Source of the DNA: Naegleria gruberi
Taxonomy: Eukaryota
Assembly (NCBI GenBank): GCA_000004985.1
Contig: GG738854.1
Strand: one strand, 5' to 3'
DNA: 64,000 nt
The notes beneath the pieces are model-generated. The model was given only the letters and a program-made list of their open reading frames with translations, was not told the DNA's origin and ran no database searches. Shown here one piece after another: positions 9,707-22,089 of this stretch (its first letter is position 1; each line of letters starts with the position of its first letter). The translations under genes were made by a program, and so were the position numbers.

Positions 9707-12700
9707 TGGCATGTAAATTCTTCAATTCAAGGACCTGTCAATTACTTTGTCAAGACAATTGAAGGCAATACATTTAATTTAGATACAGTGGAAGCAAAGT
9801 ATGCATACATGTTATCTCCATCAGGATTAAGTCTTGGACTAGATGATGATTTATTTGTTTCAGATATTGATAGACATTTAGTTTTTAGAATTTATGATAA
9901 TTTATCAACTGCTGAAGTTTATGCAGGTTTTGGAACTAGTGGATTTAATGGAGATGGTTTGTCAGCAATTGATACATTGTTTAATACACCTACAGCTATA
10001 TCAGTCAATCCACTAAATGGTGATTTGTATATTGCTGATACACTCAATAATAAGATTAGGATAGTTTCGAAAAACTCTAAAATAGTTTCATCAATTTCGC
10101 AGAGCACATTTAACAAACCGAGAGGAATTCATGTTTCTCCAAATGGATTTGTTTACATTGCTGATACTGAAAATAATTTAATTAAGAAATATGAAATTTC
10201 AACAAGACAAATTTCCATACTTGGTGGAGGTGGATATCTGAGTGGAGAATATAATGGAGTGGATGCAAAATTATTGAAATTACAATCACCAATGAATTTA
10301 TTTGTGGTTTCGAATGGAAAGAATGATATAGTTTATTTCACAGATGAAGAAAGAGTCAAGTCAATTGACGAAAATGGAATTTATAGAATGGTGGATGGTG
10401 GAATGCCTCAATCAAATTTGTAAGTTTGCTTCCAGCATGTGTTTACATTTATTCGAATTATTTCGTATAAAAATTAGATTTGGAATTTATGTTTCGGATC
10501 AAGGTGAAATATATACGTCATCACAAAAGAATCATTTCATTCAAATGAAATTAACAAAATCATCACAAACAAGTATTTTTATAGGAAGTTCTTCATCTGA
10601 AAGTGGATATAGTGGGGATAATCAGCAATTTAATTCACCCAACATCAAATTTTATGAACCATCTTCATTGGTTGTCACTCAAAATTCTATTCTAGTTGCA
10701 GATAAATCGAATAATTGTATTCGAAAGATTAATTTACAAGATATGATGGTTTCAACACTTGCAGGTGGACTTGTAAATCATGCAAATGGTGAAAATATTT
10801 CTCCGCTTAGTATGCATTCAATTGGAAATGCTCAATTTCCATTCAAGTATAAGAATGATTTGTATTTTGTGGAAAAAAACAATATTTTACGAAAGGTTTC
10901 GAATGGAAAGATGACAACTGTATTGGGATGTGAAAAATCACTAACTTATCCAGCAAACATTCCCCAACGTACCTTCGTTCTAATAATTTCATTATCTTAT
11001 GCTGGAAATGGAAATGTTATGTTTTTTGCAGGTCTAGAAAATTCACTTTACAATTTCAATCTGGATTCTCAAAACTTGACGCTTATCTCAAAACTTGATT
11101 ATTATACAACTTCATTTGCCTTAATTGGTGATTCAGTTCATAATGCAACAATTTATTATAGAACCGATTTGGGAAAAGTTTGTGTTTTTAAGAATTTAGA
11201 GGCAAATCCTTCATATTGTTTGTCCATTCCAGTAACAGGAGCTGTAGATCACATTATTGTGATTCCTGATTTTAGTTATAACGGAACAAATTCCATATTT
11301 TACTATTCAGATACTTATAATAGTATTAATGAATATATTGATTACAAGAATGGTTCAATGTCAACTCGCATAACACAATTGCCAACTGTTACATCATTTA
11401 GTGGATTTTCACACTATGATAGATATTTCTATTTTTGGAATATGGGACAAATTTATGAGATGCAAATGGACACTTACTCCATAAGAAAGTTTGCAGGAAT
11501 AGATGCCTTTAATGTTTCTAATACTTTAGTTTATGCCTTGGGTTACAATGGTGAAAATATACCTTTAAATAGTTCAGCTCTGTAAGTTTTTCATTCATGA
11601 ATAATTTCAAACATGGAAAGTTTTACACCAAGTACTACCAGAATAGGATCTGAAATATATGTCACCAGCCTTTATGGCATTAGTGAAATATCCAATGGAA
11701 GAATATTTACAATTGTTGGATTAACTCCAACCTCAAAAACGATAAGTCCACTCATCTTAATGAGAGATCCAATGAAAAAGATAATCTACTATATTGATCT
11801 TAGAACTTTAAAGCAATATGATGAGAATACAGGTATTTCAAAATCCTTGTCCACATCAATTTTCTCATCACCAGCCATTCCTTTCAATGATTCACCCTTT
11901 TTAATAATGAATACATATCCATTAAAACCGTTTGGACTATTCTCAACATTTGATAGGAAGATCTATTTTAAGGACAATTGTAGAATACTTCGAATTGATC
12001 CAGAAACATTGAATTTTGAAACTATTATTGGAAATTCTTGTTCAACTCTAGTTGCTGGAGTTAAGGTATGTTTTTGAGATTTACAATTTCTAAAATTGTT
12101 AGGGATTGGATTCAGGATGCCCTACGTTTCAAGAAATGAGTGGAATGACATTTGATCAGACCAATGGTGATATACTAATATCCTTAGAAAACTATAAGAT
12201 TTACAGATATAATTTACAAACACAAATGTTATCACTTGAATTTACATTTGCTACAAGTACTTCTTATTCTCCTGATGGCATAATAACTAATCAAACTTCT
12301 GTTGGGAAAATTACAAATATCCGACATCAAAATGGATATCTATATTTCAGTACAAGTGTTGCTATTAGAAGAATAGAAAAGTTATCTGATAATACATACT
12401 ATTTGAGAACTCTTGTTGGAAATTCAGAAAAAGGATATTCAGGAACCAATTTACCAGCACTTCAATCTTCTCTTGATACTCCTTCATCATTCTATGTGAA
12501 AAATAATGGTGATATTATAATTTTGGATGGTTCTGAAGCTTATTATGTCAGAATGTACCAGCAAAGAACTGGATTATTGATAGATATTGCAGGATCAAGA
12601 TCTATCTCTTCCAGATACAATGGAGATGGTTTTGTACCCTATCCAACCTTTTCATCTTTTTCAAAACAAGTTGATTTTGATGAAAGTAGTGGGGAAATTT

Positions 12701-14062
12701 TCCTTATTGATCTTAAATCCTATATACGTAAGATTACTCCAACTTGTAGTGGAAATTACACATTCAACATTATTAATACTACTTGTGATCTGTTAATTAG
12801 TTGTAATGGATCGATAGCAACAAGTGGATATGTTTGCAATGGTAATGGGGTCTGTTCTGATTTTGAAATCTGCCAATGTAATGATGGATTTGAAGGAAGA
12901 TATTGTGAAATTCAGAAAAGTCACCCATCAAGTGATTCTACAATTTTGATAGTCTCAATTGTAATTCCTATTATTGGATCAATATTATTGTTCACCGTTA
13001 TATTTGTGATTATTGTAATTTTAGTTTGTTTTTGCAGAAACAAAAAGAAGGAAAACTTTGAAATTGGTCAAATGGACACAAATAATATTGAGCTTTCAGA
13101 TAATACATTTCTTTCTACTAGTTCAAGAATAGTTTCATCCTCAGCCGGTTCCTCGGTAGAATCAGAGAATGATAGCCCATTTTCCAGATACTCAAATATT
13201 ACAAGAATAGGGCAAGGTGCTTTTGGAAGTGTTTTTAAAGTAACTGATACAAAGGATAGAAACAGACTGAAAGCAATCAAGCTTGTTAAATTTGAATCAT
13301 TGACTGATCTTAATACAATCATGAAAGAAGCTTCTCAATTGAGTTGTGTAAATCATCCAAACATTATCAAAATGAATGATTATTTCATCACCAATGACAA
13401 GTCGTTAATTATTGATATGGATTACTATGAAATGGGTGATTTGGCTCAGTTGAAACCAGAATATTGTACTGAGAAGCTTATCCAACAAATATTGAAGCAA
13501 TCACTAAGTGCTTTGAAATATGTACACGAGGAAATGAATATTATTCATAGGTATGTAATATTTCTCTCTTGCTTATTGAATTTAAATTTTGAAATAGAGA
13601 TATCAAACCAACCAATATTTTCATAAAGAAGTTGACTAGTGATAATATTGAGATTGTCTTGGCAGATTTTGGATTAGCCAAAAAGTATCAAGAGTCCAAA
13701 GGTCAATCATATGCTGGAACACCACTGTGTAAGTTTCAATAATTTTCATTTTCAACGAAATATGAAAAGTTATGAGTCCTGAAGTGGCTCTTGGTAGTTC
13801 ATACTCATTCAATACTGATATTTTCTCATTAGGAGTTTCCATATATCAAATTATGACGAATGATCGTGTAACTTCAATAAGCAACTTGTTGATGGGAAAT
13901 CAATCAGAAAATGCAACTAATATTTTAACGAATCAAATGAAAGAATCACCTAGTCAGGAATATTCTGATGAGTTGATTGAGATTGTTTTGAAAATGGTGG
14001 AAAAGGATTTGAATATTAGACCAAACGCCTCACAGTTACTTTCTCTCTCATATTTCAAATAA
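9620..14062 (+). CDS. NHL-repeat receptor-like Ser/Thr protein kinase: signal peptide, NHL repeats, EGF-like module, TM helix and kinase. The 6 exons are 9620..10419, 10478..11581, 11642..12065, 12103..13550, 13598..13728 and 13770..14062.
   Basis: The start is ATG at 9620 with a hydrophobic signal (ACCIILVLLCSTW). NHL-type repeats include LYIADTLNNKIRIV and VYIADTENNLIKKY. The EGF-like module is CNGNGVCSDFEICQCNDGFEGRYC and the TM helix is ILIVSIVIPIIGSILLFTVIFVIIVILVCF. The kinase motifs are GQGAFGSVFKV..AIKLV, IIHR|DIKPTNIF (split by an intron), DFGLAKK and MSPEVALG. The introns are 10420..10477, 11582..11641, 12066..12102, 13551..13597 and 13729..13769, each GTAAGT/GTATGT..AG with the frame preserved. 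Confidence 0.8.
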
Positions 14063-14859
14063 ATTGTCCAGCATTGAATATTTGGTAGAATTGAGTAAAT
14101 TTTCCCTTTGCACTCTAAAATAAATTCCTACATTATTAATACATTAAATTATTAAATTTGTAATTATTAAAGCTTTAATATATCTTTCATAAACAGGTAA
14201 GGCTTCAATGATCAACTTGTAGGAATGTAATGGTTTGGAATTGATCGGACTTTTTCAAAATTGTTGAAAATGTTGTATCTCCACTCCAAGAAAGATGTAT
14301 CGTCAAATATTAACCAAAGGCTGCTTTGCTTATTTTTTTTAAAAAATAAAATTGTAAACAATCTTAATTATTTAAATTCTAAATTAAGGACAAAATAAGA
14401 ACTCGTAATTTCTTCACTCACAATTCAATGTAATTAATCCACTTTGTAATACTGTAAAGTTTACAATAAGATTTTTCAAACCAATAAGTCCTTTAAAATT
14501 GAATGGTTTTTGTTATCCATTTCTTTATTGTGCTCATCTTTAGTTTCCCTATCACCCTCGCACTTTTTATTGGTCTTTCATTTTCATACATTCCATTCAT
14601 TACAATACTCAATTCAATACCAATTATCATTTCGCACTGTATTGTTATTTCTGCGACAATAAATTCTGGTTGAATCTTGACCATCCAATTTTACCATTGT
14701 TAGATTCTCTAAAAAAAACTGCAAAACAAAATCCAACACTAAATCGTGCCGTTACTTGTTTTTGATTACATATTTAAAAGAGAATTGTGTCGCTTCAAGC
14801 CTATACGAGAGACACTCATCAATTTTGAACAAGAAGGATATATAGTAGTAAAATTGTTC

Positions 14860-15822
14860 ATGAATAAGAATAATCAAAATGCGTCTTCTTCCTCTTCTGA
14901 TAAGAAGAAGAAGAATAAGAAGGATCCATCTTTTAAATTTGTGGATATGACTTCGGAATGGGAACCATGTATGTCAGGCATTAGAAAGGAAAAGAAATAT
15001 TTTCAATTGAGAAAACAATTAAAAACATGCGAAAACTTTCAGGATAATTACTTTGTCATTAGTATGCCAAAGAAGAGAAAAGGCTCTGGTGCAACTGATG
15101 AAGAAGATGATGAAGAACAACAACAAGATAACAATGTTGATAATAGTAATCAACAACAAATGCAATCATCAATGACACAATATGATCCATCACAACAAAT
15201 ACCTCCGAACATCAACACTAGTAATATGAATATTCCAATTATTAATACGAGAAATATTTTACGTTTTGATAATGCAACCCCAACAAGAAATCAATTCACT
15301 TTTGTTCCTCAACCTGTTAATCCTCCTGTAAAAACATTATCTAATGGTTTAGTTGAGTATAATAATGTAAAAATTAGTACGGCTTCAAATTTTGATTCTC
15401 AAAAGAAAAAGAAGAGAAAATCAAATCCTCAACAACCTCCTCAACATTCTAACATTCAAGAAAATCAACATGTACATAATAATCAACAATACCCTCCTAC
15501 AAATACACCACCACACTTTAATTCAGATTTTATTGGAAATGCATCAATTATTAGTGCTGACATTGTGAATGATGATTTTGAAAGATATCACAATTTGTCA
15601 AATGCTCAAGTTTTGGATGCTAGTTTCATTCCTTTCACTCCAATTGATAATATTTCAATGGGGTCAGTGAATATCACTGCTAACCCTTTACCAGAACTGG
15701 ATACGGTTTCGATTTCATTTTCTGAACCAATGTCCTTTAATGGTGATTTTAACTTTGAGGATTTACCTGACTTGGAATTATTTGGAAATGTGGAAATTAA
15801 CGTTTCATCTGGATCTCGGTGA
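14860..15822 (+). CDS. Hypothetical Gln/Asn-rich basic protein with NLS-like Lys clusters, probably nuclear.
   Basis: The ORF is open from 14746, with the first in-frame ATG at 14860. It contains KKKKNKK, KKRKGS and KKKKRKS clusters and an acidic C-terminus (FEDLPDLELF). No catalytic motif was recognised. Confidence 0.45.
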   Translation: MNKNNQNASSSSSDKKKKNKKDPSFKFVDMTSEWEPCMSGIRKEKKYFQLRKQLKTCENFQDNYFVISMPKKRKGSGATDEEDDEEQQQDNNVDNSNQQQMQSSMTQYDPSQQIPPNINTSNMNIPIINTRNILRFDNATPTRNQFTFVPQPVNPPVKTLSNGLVEYNNVKISTASNFDSQKKKKRKSNPQQPPQHSNIQENQHVHNNQQYPPTNTPPHFNSDFIGNASIISADIVNDDFERYHNLSNAQVLDASFIPFTPIDNISMGSVNITANPLPELDTVSISFSEPMSFNGDFNFEDLPDLELFGNVEINVSSGSR

Positions 15823-15963
15823 CAACGAATTTATTAATAAATTAATTTTATTGTAATAAGTTAAATAAGTTAATTGTGCTAATGCTAATTAGACACAATC
15901 CAAGAATACTTGGATTACGAATATGTACACGTACTATAATTCTCTACAAAACTGTTGTCAAAA

Positions 15964-17831
15964 TTAAACATTGACAGATTTCAATTCAATATCAGTAGAA
16001 ACTTTCTTTGGAGCTTGTTCTTCTTCCTCGCTTTCGTACTCCAAACTATCTTCAGGAACTTCCCAGAATGCTTCATCATTAAAGACACTCTTTTCAGGGA
16101 ACAACCATCTAATAACTAAGCCAGCAACAACACCTCCAATAATGGCAATACCAATAGTGATTGCCAAAGTAGCAAATTGATAACCCCATTGATGAGTTCC
16201 ATTAGCAAACATCTTATCATAAACAGCTCCATAAGATGATCTTTGAGCAGCAGCAACACCAGTAGCAATAATGGCACCAACACCACCAATAAAACCAGGA
16301 ACACAATGCAAGTTGAAAACTCCACAAGTGTCATGTAATTTAAGATACTTTCTCATGTTTGGAGTGAAGAATCTGAATCCGAAAACACTAATAAAACCAG
16401 AAACAACACCAACAGTCAATGCACCTCCAGGAAGAATTACAAAATCAGCAACAGCTCCAATAGCAACACCACCTGCCAATGTACCATTTTGAATATCTTC
16501 CATAGCAAATAAACCTCCTCTGACTAATCTACTGCAGAAGAAAGAGGCAACAGCTGATCCCATCAATGACAAGATTGTGTTAATAAAGGCACGATATTGA
16601 GTTGTACCCTCAGGACTATAAAAATGTGTTAAACCAATTTACAACAAATACAAAACATACCTTAAAGCAGCATTGAAGGAAGGCCAACAAAGGAACAAGA
16701 AGATTGTACCAATTAATGAGAAAAAGTCAGAAGTATAACGTGATGATTGCAAAGGATGTCCTTTCAGAGCTTTCTTATTCCATAATACGAAAGAACAGAG
16801 TAATCCGAAAACAGCTCCGAACAAGTGAATAAACATAGATCCACCAATATCTGATGCTTTCAAAACCCAAGTTCCGATATAATAATTCAAAGCATAGAAG
16901 AAAGTATGAATTAAACCAGCAATAGTCAATTGCAATGGAGTAACCTTTCCGATAATAACACCAAACTATTAAATTATTCACAATCAATTTTAAATGTCAA
17001 CTAAGAATACTTACAGAAACAAGGAATGAAGCAGCAGCAAAATGTCCTTCAACTAAATCTTGCAATTCAAAGTGAACCATCCATCTTGGATTAGAAACAC
17101 CAATTTGATCTCCAGTAATTGGGAAACCCTTATTAACACCAGCTCTCCAAAAAGCTTGATTCAAAATACCCCATTGGAAAATAAATGCTGCATTAGTTGG
17201 TGATGAATAATTGGAAATTCTCAAGTTTACTTACCTGAAATGAAAAAGTTTAGTCCAAAAGCACTGTAACCGTACTTTCTCAAGAAAGTCATCAAGAATC
17301 CGAAACCAACGAACACCATAATACCAACGTCAAGCATTGGTTTATAATAGTGAACAACATCAGCGTGTGCTTCTTCATTCAAATGGGCAAGAGTTGTCTC
17401 TGTTGAATTGGTAACAGAATGTTCATAATCAAAGAATACCCAGAATAAAACAAGGAAAATTACTTGAAAAACACCAACAACTAAACAATCACACATATTA
17501 ATATCATCATTAATAAATTATTATTATCATGACACCACCAATAGTGTTATTATAACAATAAAAGACAGAATAACATACCAACTAGAAAGGTAATATTCTC
17601 AGCACCCCAATGGGAATGATGTGCTGCTCCATGTCCTCCTGATGGAGTGGAGTGATGATTCTTTTGTTCTTGTTGTTGTTGTTCAATTTGTTCTTGTTGT
17701 CCCAAGCCATTATCAATAGAAGTAGAGGCTCTGACAACATTCTCACTAGCCTCCAAGTCAAGACTACTCGAATTGACAACAGGATTGTCGTGATTAATCA
17801 TGTGTGTTTGTGATTCATGGTGATGAAGCAT
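15964..17831 (-). CDS. Rhesus (Rh50)-type ammonium transporter. Exons are 15964..16615, 16661..16965, 17015..17187 and 17235..17480. There is a possible additional 5' exon 17579..17831 encoding a His/Gln-rich extension. Alternatively, translation starts at ATG 17496.
   Basis: The Rh family signature is PMLDVGIMVFVGFGFLMTFLRKYGYSAFGLNFFISG, with TM1 VVGVFQVIFLVLFWVFFDYEH. Downstream exons read FQWGILNQAFW, HLFGAVFGLLCSFVLW and LHCVPGFIGGVGAIIATG, with an acidic C-tail. The short introns are 16616..16660, 16966..17014 and 17188..17234, all minus-strand GTAAGT/GTATGT..AG, each required to bypass a stop. The optional intron 17481..17578 (gtatgtt..tgtttag) keeps frame with the upstream ORF MLHHHESQ..HWGAENITFLV. 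Confidence 0.8.
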
Positions 17832-18251
17832 TTTTTTAATCGGTCAACAACAAACGATTAATCTTTTAGCTTGCCCAACATGGACTTCCGGATAGGAGAA
17901 GGAAGTGGATTTTCCTCCGGGTAGAGAATGAATTGTTTTTTGCATCTCCTCTTCTGTTGTTTGCTTGGTTATAATACACACGCAAGAAATTGATTGAAAC
18001 ACATGATGCAACTTCAAAAATTTCTTGTTGGCCTTTCCGGAAAATGATGAAAATGGCTGTGAAAACAATGGCCCACACTCGTAAGGCTATGTTCCGGCGT
18101 GACCATTATTGGACGAGCTCCCACTACGGCTGGAATTGAGATTACAAAATTTCAACTGTAGATGCAAGAGTGCTTTTTAGGGAAGGTGAGTATCCTAAGG
18201 ATCCTCTGTTTGTGCATTAACGTATTTAAACTATCAAATTATAATAAGTGA

Positions 18252-21200
18252 TCATTCCTCATCAAACTCTAAAGTGCAAGATGGTACAACTTCAGTTGGA
18301 GTAATAAATTTGATAGTTTCAAGGAAATTGTGTAATTTGTCTAAATGTTGCTTTGCTTCGGAATGAGCATCTTGAATCATCGTAAATATTTCAATGGCTA
18401 TTGTACCATATTCCTTGTTATTGAGTTTGTAGCACAATTCTTCATAACAATTTCCATAATTAAATTTGATGATTGCATCCACTTGATGAATATTAACCAT
18501 TTTCAAATTTTCCAATGCAGAAGCATACTGCTGTGTAGCAATGAAACATTTTGCCATATTGATGTAGCTTTTAAAGAAGGTTGTTTTGGAGAAGTAATTG
18601 ATTGCTGCAGCATACTGACTCAATTCCAAATAGCAACATCCTAAATTGTAAAAGTAGCTTGGTGTGTCTTTTTCAAAATGAACTGCCTTCTTAAAGTTCT
18701 TTATGGCTAAATGATAGTCAATAGGGATACCAGGAAATCCTTGACTGTAGATAAGACCAATATTTGAGAAACCTGAACATTTCTCGTAATATTCAATTGC
18801 TTTCTTTCCCATTTTCATAGAAAAGGCAATGTCTGCAAAATTTCTATTGGACAAATTGTATTTCATTACCTCATCAAATATTAACTCAAATTGATGACTC
18901 TGAATTATTTGTTCTTCAATTGAGTGAGAAATAAGGGTAGATATATTGTTAGAATATTGGAAAATTGTTGAAATGTTTGGATGCTTTTGTAAATATATTT
19001 TCTTTGATATAAGTGAGTAATTGCTTTGGTGCATTCCTATTAAATATTGGACTGGTTCATAACTGTTTGTTAATATTTTTTCCAGTACTTGATCTGATGA
19101 AAATACCAATTTAGAATATTCTAATGCTTTTGAATTTCTTCCATTGATAAATAATACCCATACTAATTCTGAATAAAAGCACTTAATTGGTACATCAGTT
19201 TCATCTTGAGTATATTCTTGAAAGTTGAGCAAAAGATCATAAATTTCATTTGTTGATTTGTTGCTTATTTGCTTTAGACATGTATGAAAAACTTTCTTGT
19301 TTGGGTATGAAAGAAAAAGTGATCTTAGTAAATCTGTTTCTTTCCCTTCCCTAAGAAGTCGGATACATTCTATTGGAATGATTGATTCATCGAATTCATA
19401 ATGATCTTCCAAAGTGGAAACTAAAAATTGTTGAAAATCTATTAAATCTCTTTCAATACTATAACTAATAATCCTTTCAATAACTGGGACTGGATAGGAC
19501 ATTAAACAGGATTTACAAAGGCTCACAACTCTTTCATCGTCAATAATATTCATAGAAATAATTATTTCAAAATTTGTCAAATCAAACAAGTGCTTGCATC
19601 TTTCAAAAATGACTTTGGCCTTATTGCTATCGAAATTGAGTTTCACGTACAAATATTGGGCATACATATTAGTTTCCAAATGTTTTTCAATGACTGATAC
19701 CATATACTCAGGTATGTCATGTTCAGTAAGCCAAAGGAAAAAAAGAAGGAATTTCTCAGCTTCCTCATTACAATTCACAAGTTTCTCGTAATATTTCTTA
19801 CATTTGTTGAATTTTCCCAAGAAGAATAAGAATCTTGCCATTTGGATTGGTGTAATTTTGATTAAATCAAAATTATTATCATTAAAATTTCTGTTAACTA
19901 TTGATATCAATTTGTAATTTTTTTCAGGTGAGACAAAAGTATGAGAGAAATACTTTTTGAACAAGTCTTTACACTTTGGAAGGTTTGTTTTTGTGAGTGT
20001 GTACTCTGAAGGAAGAACAAAGCTCCAATCATATGATATTGAACTGCATAAGTGATCAGCAATGGGTTGCAGACAGTCTTGAAACTCTAATCTTGCACTT
20101 TTGACGAGAAACTTATACGACTCCTCTTGGTTGACATCTTTCAATAATATTGCCAACATACATGAAACTTCTCCGTATCGTTCAAAACTCTCATTCACTT
20201 TCCTCAACACCTTAATGGACTTTTCCTTGTCTAAATTTGAATAAATTTTACCAAGACTCAAGTTTGCCAAGTCGTCATTTTCTAGTAATAAATAGAACTG
20301 AATGGTTTTTTCTAAATTCTTTTCAAAAGAGTATAATCCATTTTCGTAAATTGATCCTAGAAAATAGATGGCCTCGTTATTTCTTCGCTTTGCTAAATCT
20401 AGTAACAGCTCTAAAGCCATGTCTTTCTTTGTGATATCTCCCTCAAGTATCGAGTATGCTAAAATAATTTTTGACTCTTCTTCAGTAAGGTCGTATTTGG
20501 AAAGGTATTCAATTGCTTTTGAATATTTTTTAAGGTGATAGCAGCAAATTCCCAGTAATTCCAATGATTTTGGAGATAACTTGGATAAAACTTTTTCAAA
20601 ATAAGTGTGAGCCATTTCAAAGCTCCCTGTTTTAAAGTAACAAATTGCAATTTCTTCACTGAATTGATTTGTTTCCAAATTTAACAGATTAAACTGTATG
20701 AAATTGGAAAGTGCATGTTCATAATTTGGAGGATTCATTTTGCTATAATATATAAATGCAATTCTATCATGTGACTTTGTGGATTTGTACTCACGAACAG
20801 CGTTTTCCCATTCCTTCTTTAATTCAAAAAGCTCCCCTCGCCTTTTTCTTGTTGTAGATGATTGTTTGAGAAGTTTGTTGATATAACAATATTTTTCAGG
20901 AATACTCTTCATTGAATCATTCGTGAAGTGATTATCAAAATAGTATTCAAGATTCGAAGAAAACACTAATCTCCTAACAGATAAGTATTCCAAATACATT
21001 CCATTCTCTAATTTAGGAAAATCAGCTCCGTTCTCTGAAATTATTGTGTTACAACTCATTTCAGTATTATGAATAAATGTTGATTTCACTTTCAGATATT
21101 TCAATTTTAAAGGTTCAGTAAAATGGAAATAGTTATTATTTTTTCCATCAATGGATAATATTCTTAATTTTTCATTTGTAAGTAATGTGAATTGTCCAGC

Positions 21201-22007
21201 ACTTGTTATCTTATTATCATCAATAATTAAAGTGTGAAAATTAATTGGAAGATTTGAAACATTTTCATTTCTAAATAGAACAGTACAATCATCTGAAAGA
21301 TAATTTGAAGTTACTGATAATGTTTCAAGTTTTGGGAAATTATTTCTATTGAGAATTAAATTAAAATTTCCATCACCTCTCAAGCGATTGTTATCTATAC
21401 AAATTGTTTTCAAATTTGATAAATGATTGGATTGAAATAAAAGTAAAGCATCAGCTCCACCCAAATTACATCTAATTAAATAAAGTGATTCCAATCTTGT
21501 GAAGGGAACATCTTTCATCAAATAACAATCAATTAAATCTTTGCCATATAAATTCATCACATTTTGAAACTTGGAATAAAATTTCAATAATTCTTGAGCT
21601 GGTGCGAATTCCACCATCACATTTGTAAAATCACAACAATAGCGAATATTATGTTGTTGTGATTTTAAAATCGGAATAAATTTACAATTTGATTCGGATA
21701 ACCATTTTGTCAAAATCAATCTATCCAAATATTTACAAACAAGCCTAATTTTTAATAATTTCCCAAGTGGTAGAAATAAAAGAATACTATGAAATAGTAC
21801 ATCATCAGGAATTAGATCTAGTATATTTACATATTCAAAAGTTTTTGTTTTCTTCGGAACAGGTGAAATTTCTTGTTCATCAAGTATACGTTTAGTTGCT
21901 TTACTTTTCTTTCGAAAATTGTTGGAATTATAGCTACTACCAATGGGGGAGTATGATTCCGATGATGAGGAATGATAACTCTCCTCACTTTCGCTATCAA
22001 AACCCAT
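18252..22007 (-). CDS. F-box / leucine-rich-repeat / Sel1(TPR)-like repeat protein, 1251 aa, single exon.
   Basis: The ATG at 22007 opens a Ser-rich N-terminus. The F-box is ILDLIPDDVLFHSILLFLPLGKLLKIRLVCKYLDRLILTKW. LRR-like units follow (LESLYLIRCNLGG.., LSNLKTICIDNNRL, LETLSVTSNYLSDD). The C-terminal half has Sel1/TPR-like repeats (AIYFLGSIYENGLY, GLIYSQGFPGIPIDYHLAIKNFKKA). Confidence 0.7.
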   Translation of the reverse strand: MGFDSESEESYHSSSSESYSPIGSSYNSNNFRKKSKATKRILDEQEISPVPKKTKTFEYVNILDLIPDDVLFHSILLFLPLGKLLKIRLVCKYLDRLILTKWLSESNCKFIPILKSQQHNIRYCCDFTNVMVEFAPAQELLKFYSKFQNVMNLYGKDLIDCYLMKDVPFTRLESLYLIRCNLGGADALLLFQSNHLSNLKTICIDNNRLRGDGNFNLILNRNNFPKLETLSVTSNYLSDDCTVLFRNENVSNLPINFHTLIIDDNKITSAGQFTLLTNEKLRILSIDGKNNNYFHFTEPLKLKYLKVKSTFIHNTEMSCNTIISENGADFPKLENGMYLEYLSVRRLVFSSNLEYYFDNHFTNDSMKSIPEKYCYINKLLKQSSTTRKRRGELFELKKEWENAVREYKSTKSHDRIAFIYYSKMNPPNYEHALSNFIQFNLLNLETNQFSEEIAICYFKTGSFEMAHTYFEKVLSKLSPKSLELLGICCYHLKKYSKAIEYLSKYDLTEEESKIILAYSILEGDITKKDMALELLLDLAKRRNNEAIYFLGSIYENGLYSFEKNLEKTIQFYLLLENDDLANLSLGKIYSNLDKEKSIKVLRKVNESFERYGEVSCMLAILLKDVNQEESYKFLVKSARLEFQDCLQPIADHLCSSISYDWSFVLPSEYTLTKTNLPKCKDLFKKYFSHTFVSPEKNYKLISIVNRNFNDNNFDLIKITPIQMARFLFFLGKFNKCKKYYEKLVNCNEEAEKFLLFFLWLTEHDIPEYMVSVIEKHLETNMYAQYLYVKLNFDSNKAKVIFERCKHLFDLTNFEIIISMNIIDDERVVSLCKSCLMSYPVPVIERIISYSIERDLIDFQQFLVSTLEDHYEFDESIIPIECIRLLREGKETDLLRSLFLSYPNKKVFHTCLKQISNKSTNEIYDLLLNFQEYTQDETDVPIKCFYSELVWVLFINGRNSKALEYSKLVFSSDQVLEKILTNSYEPVQYLIGMHQSNYSLISKKIYLQKHPNISTIFQYSNNISTLISHSIEEQIIQSHQFELIFDEVMKYNLSNRNFADIAFSMKMGKKAIEYYEKCSGFSNIGLIYSQGFPGIPIDYHLAIKNFKKAVHFEKDTPSYFYNLGCCYLELSQYAAAINYFSKTTFFKSYINMAKCFIATQQYASALENLKMVNIHQVDAIIKFNYGNCYEELCYKLNNKEYGTIAIEIFTMIQDAHSEAKQHLDKLHNFLETIKFITPTEVVPSCTLEFDEE

Positions 22008-22089
22008 TTTTTAAAAATCAAGTTAATTTTTTAGTTGATTACAAAATCCTTTACCTGTAAGAAATTTTTAAAATGACAAGTTAAAAAAA

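Noticed and set aside
16116-16492. ORFs 15971..16180 (+), 16116..16334 (-) and 16271..16492 (+) inside the Rh gene's last exon.
   Set aside because: They are alternate or antisense frames of a Gly/Ala/Val-rich TM coding region. Such frames stay open by composition.
17582-18078. ORFs 17582..17779 (-), 17844..18068 (-) and 17866..18078 (-).
   Set aside because: The first overlaps the His/Gln-rich putative 5' exon in another frame. The others are in the Rh promoter region and have no motifs.
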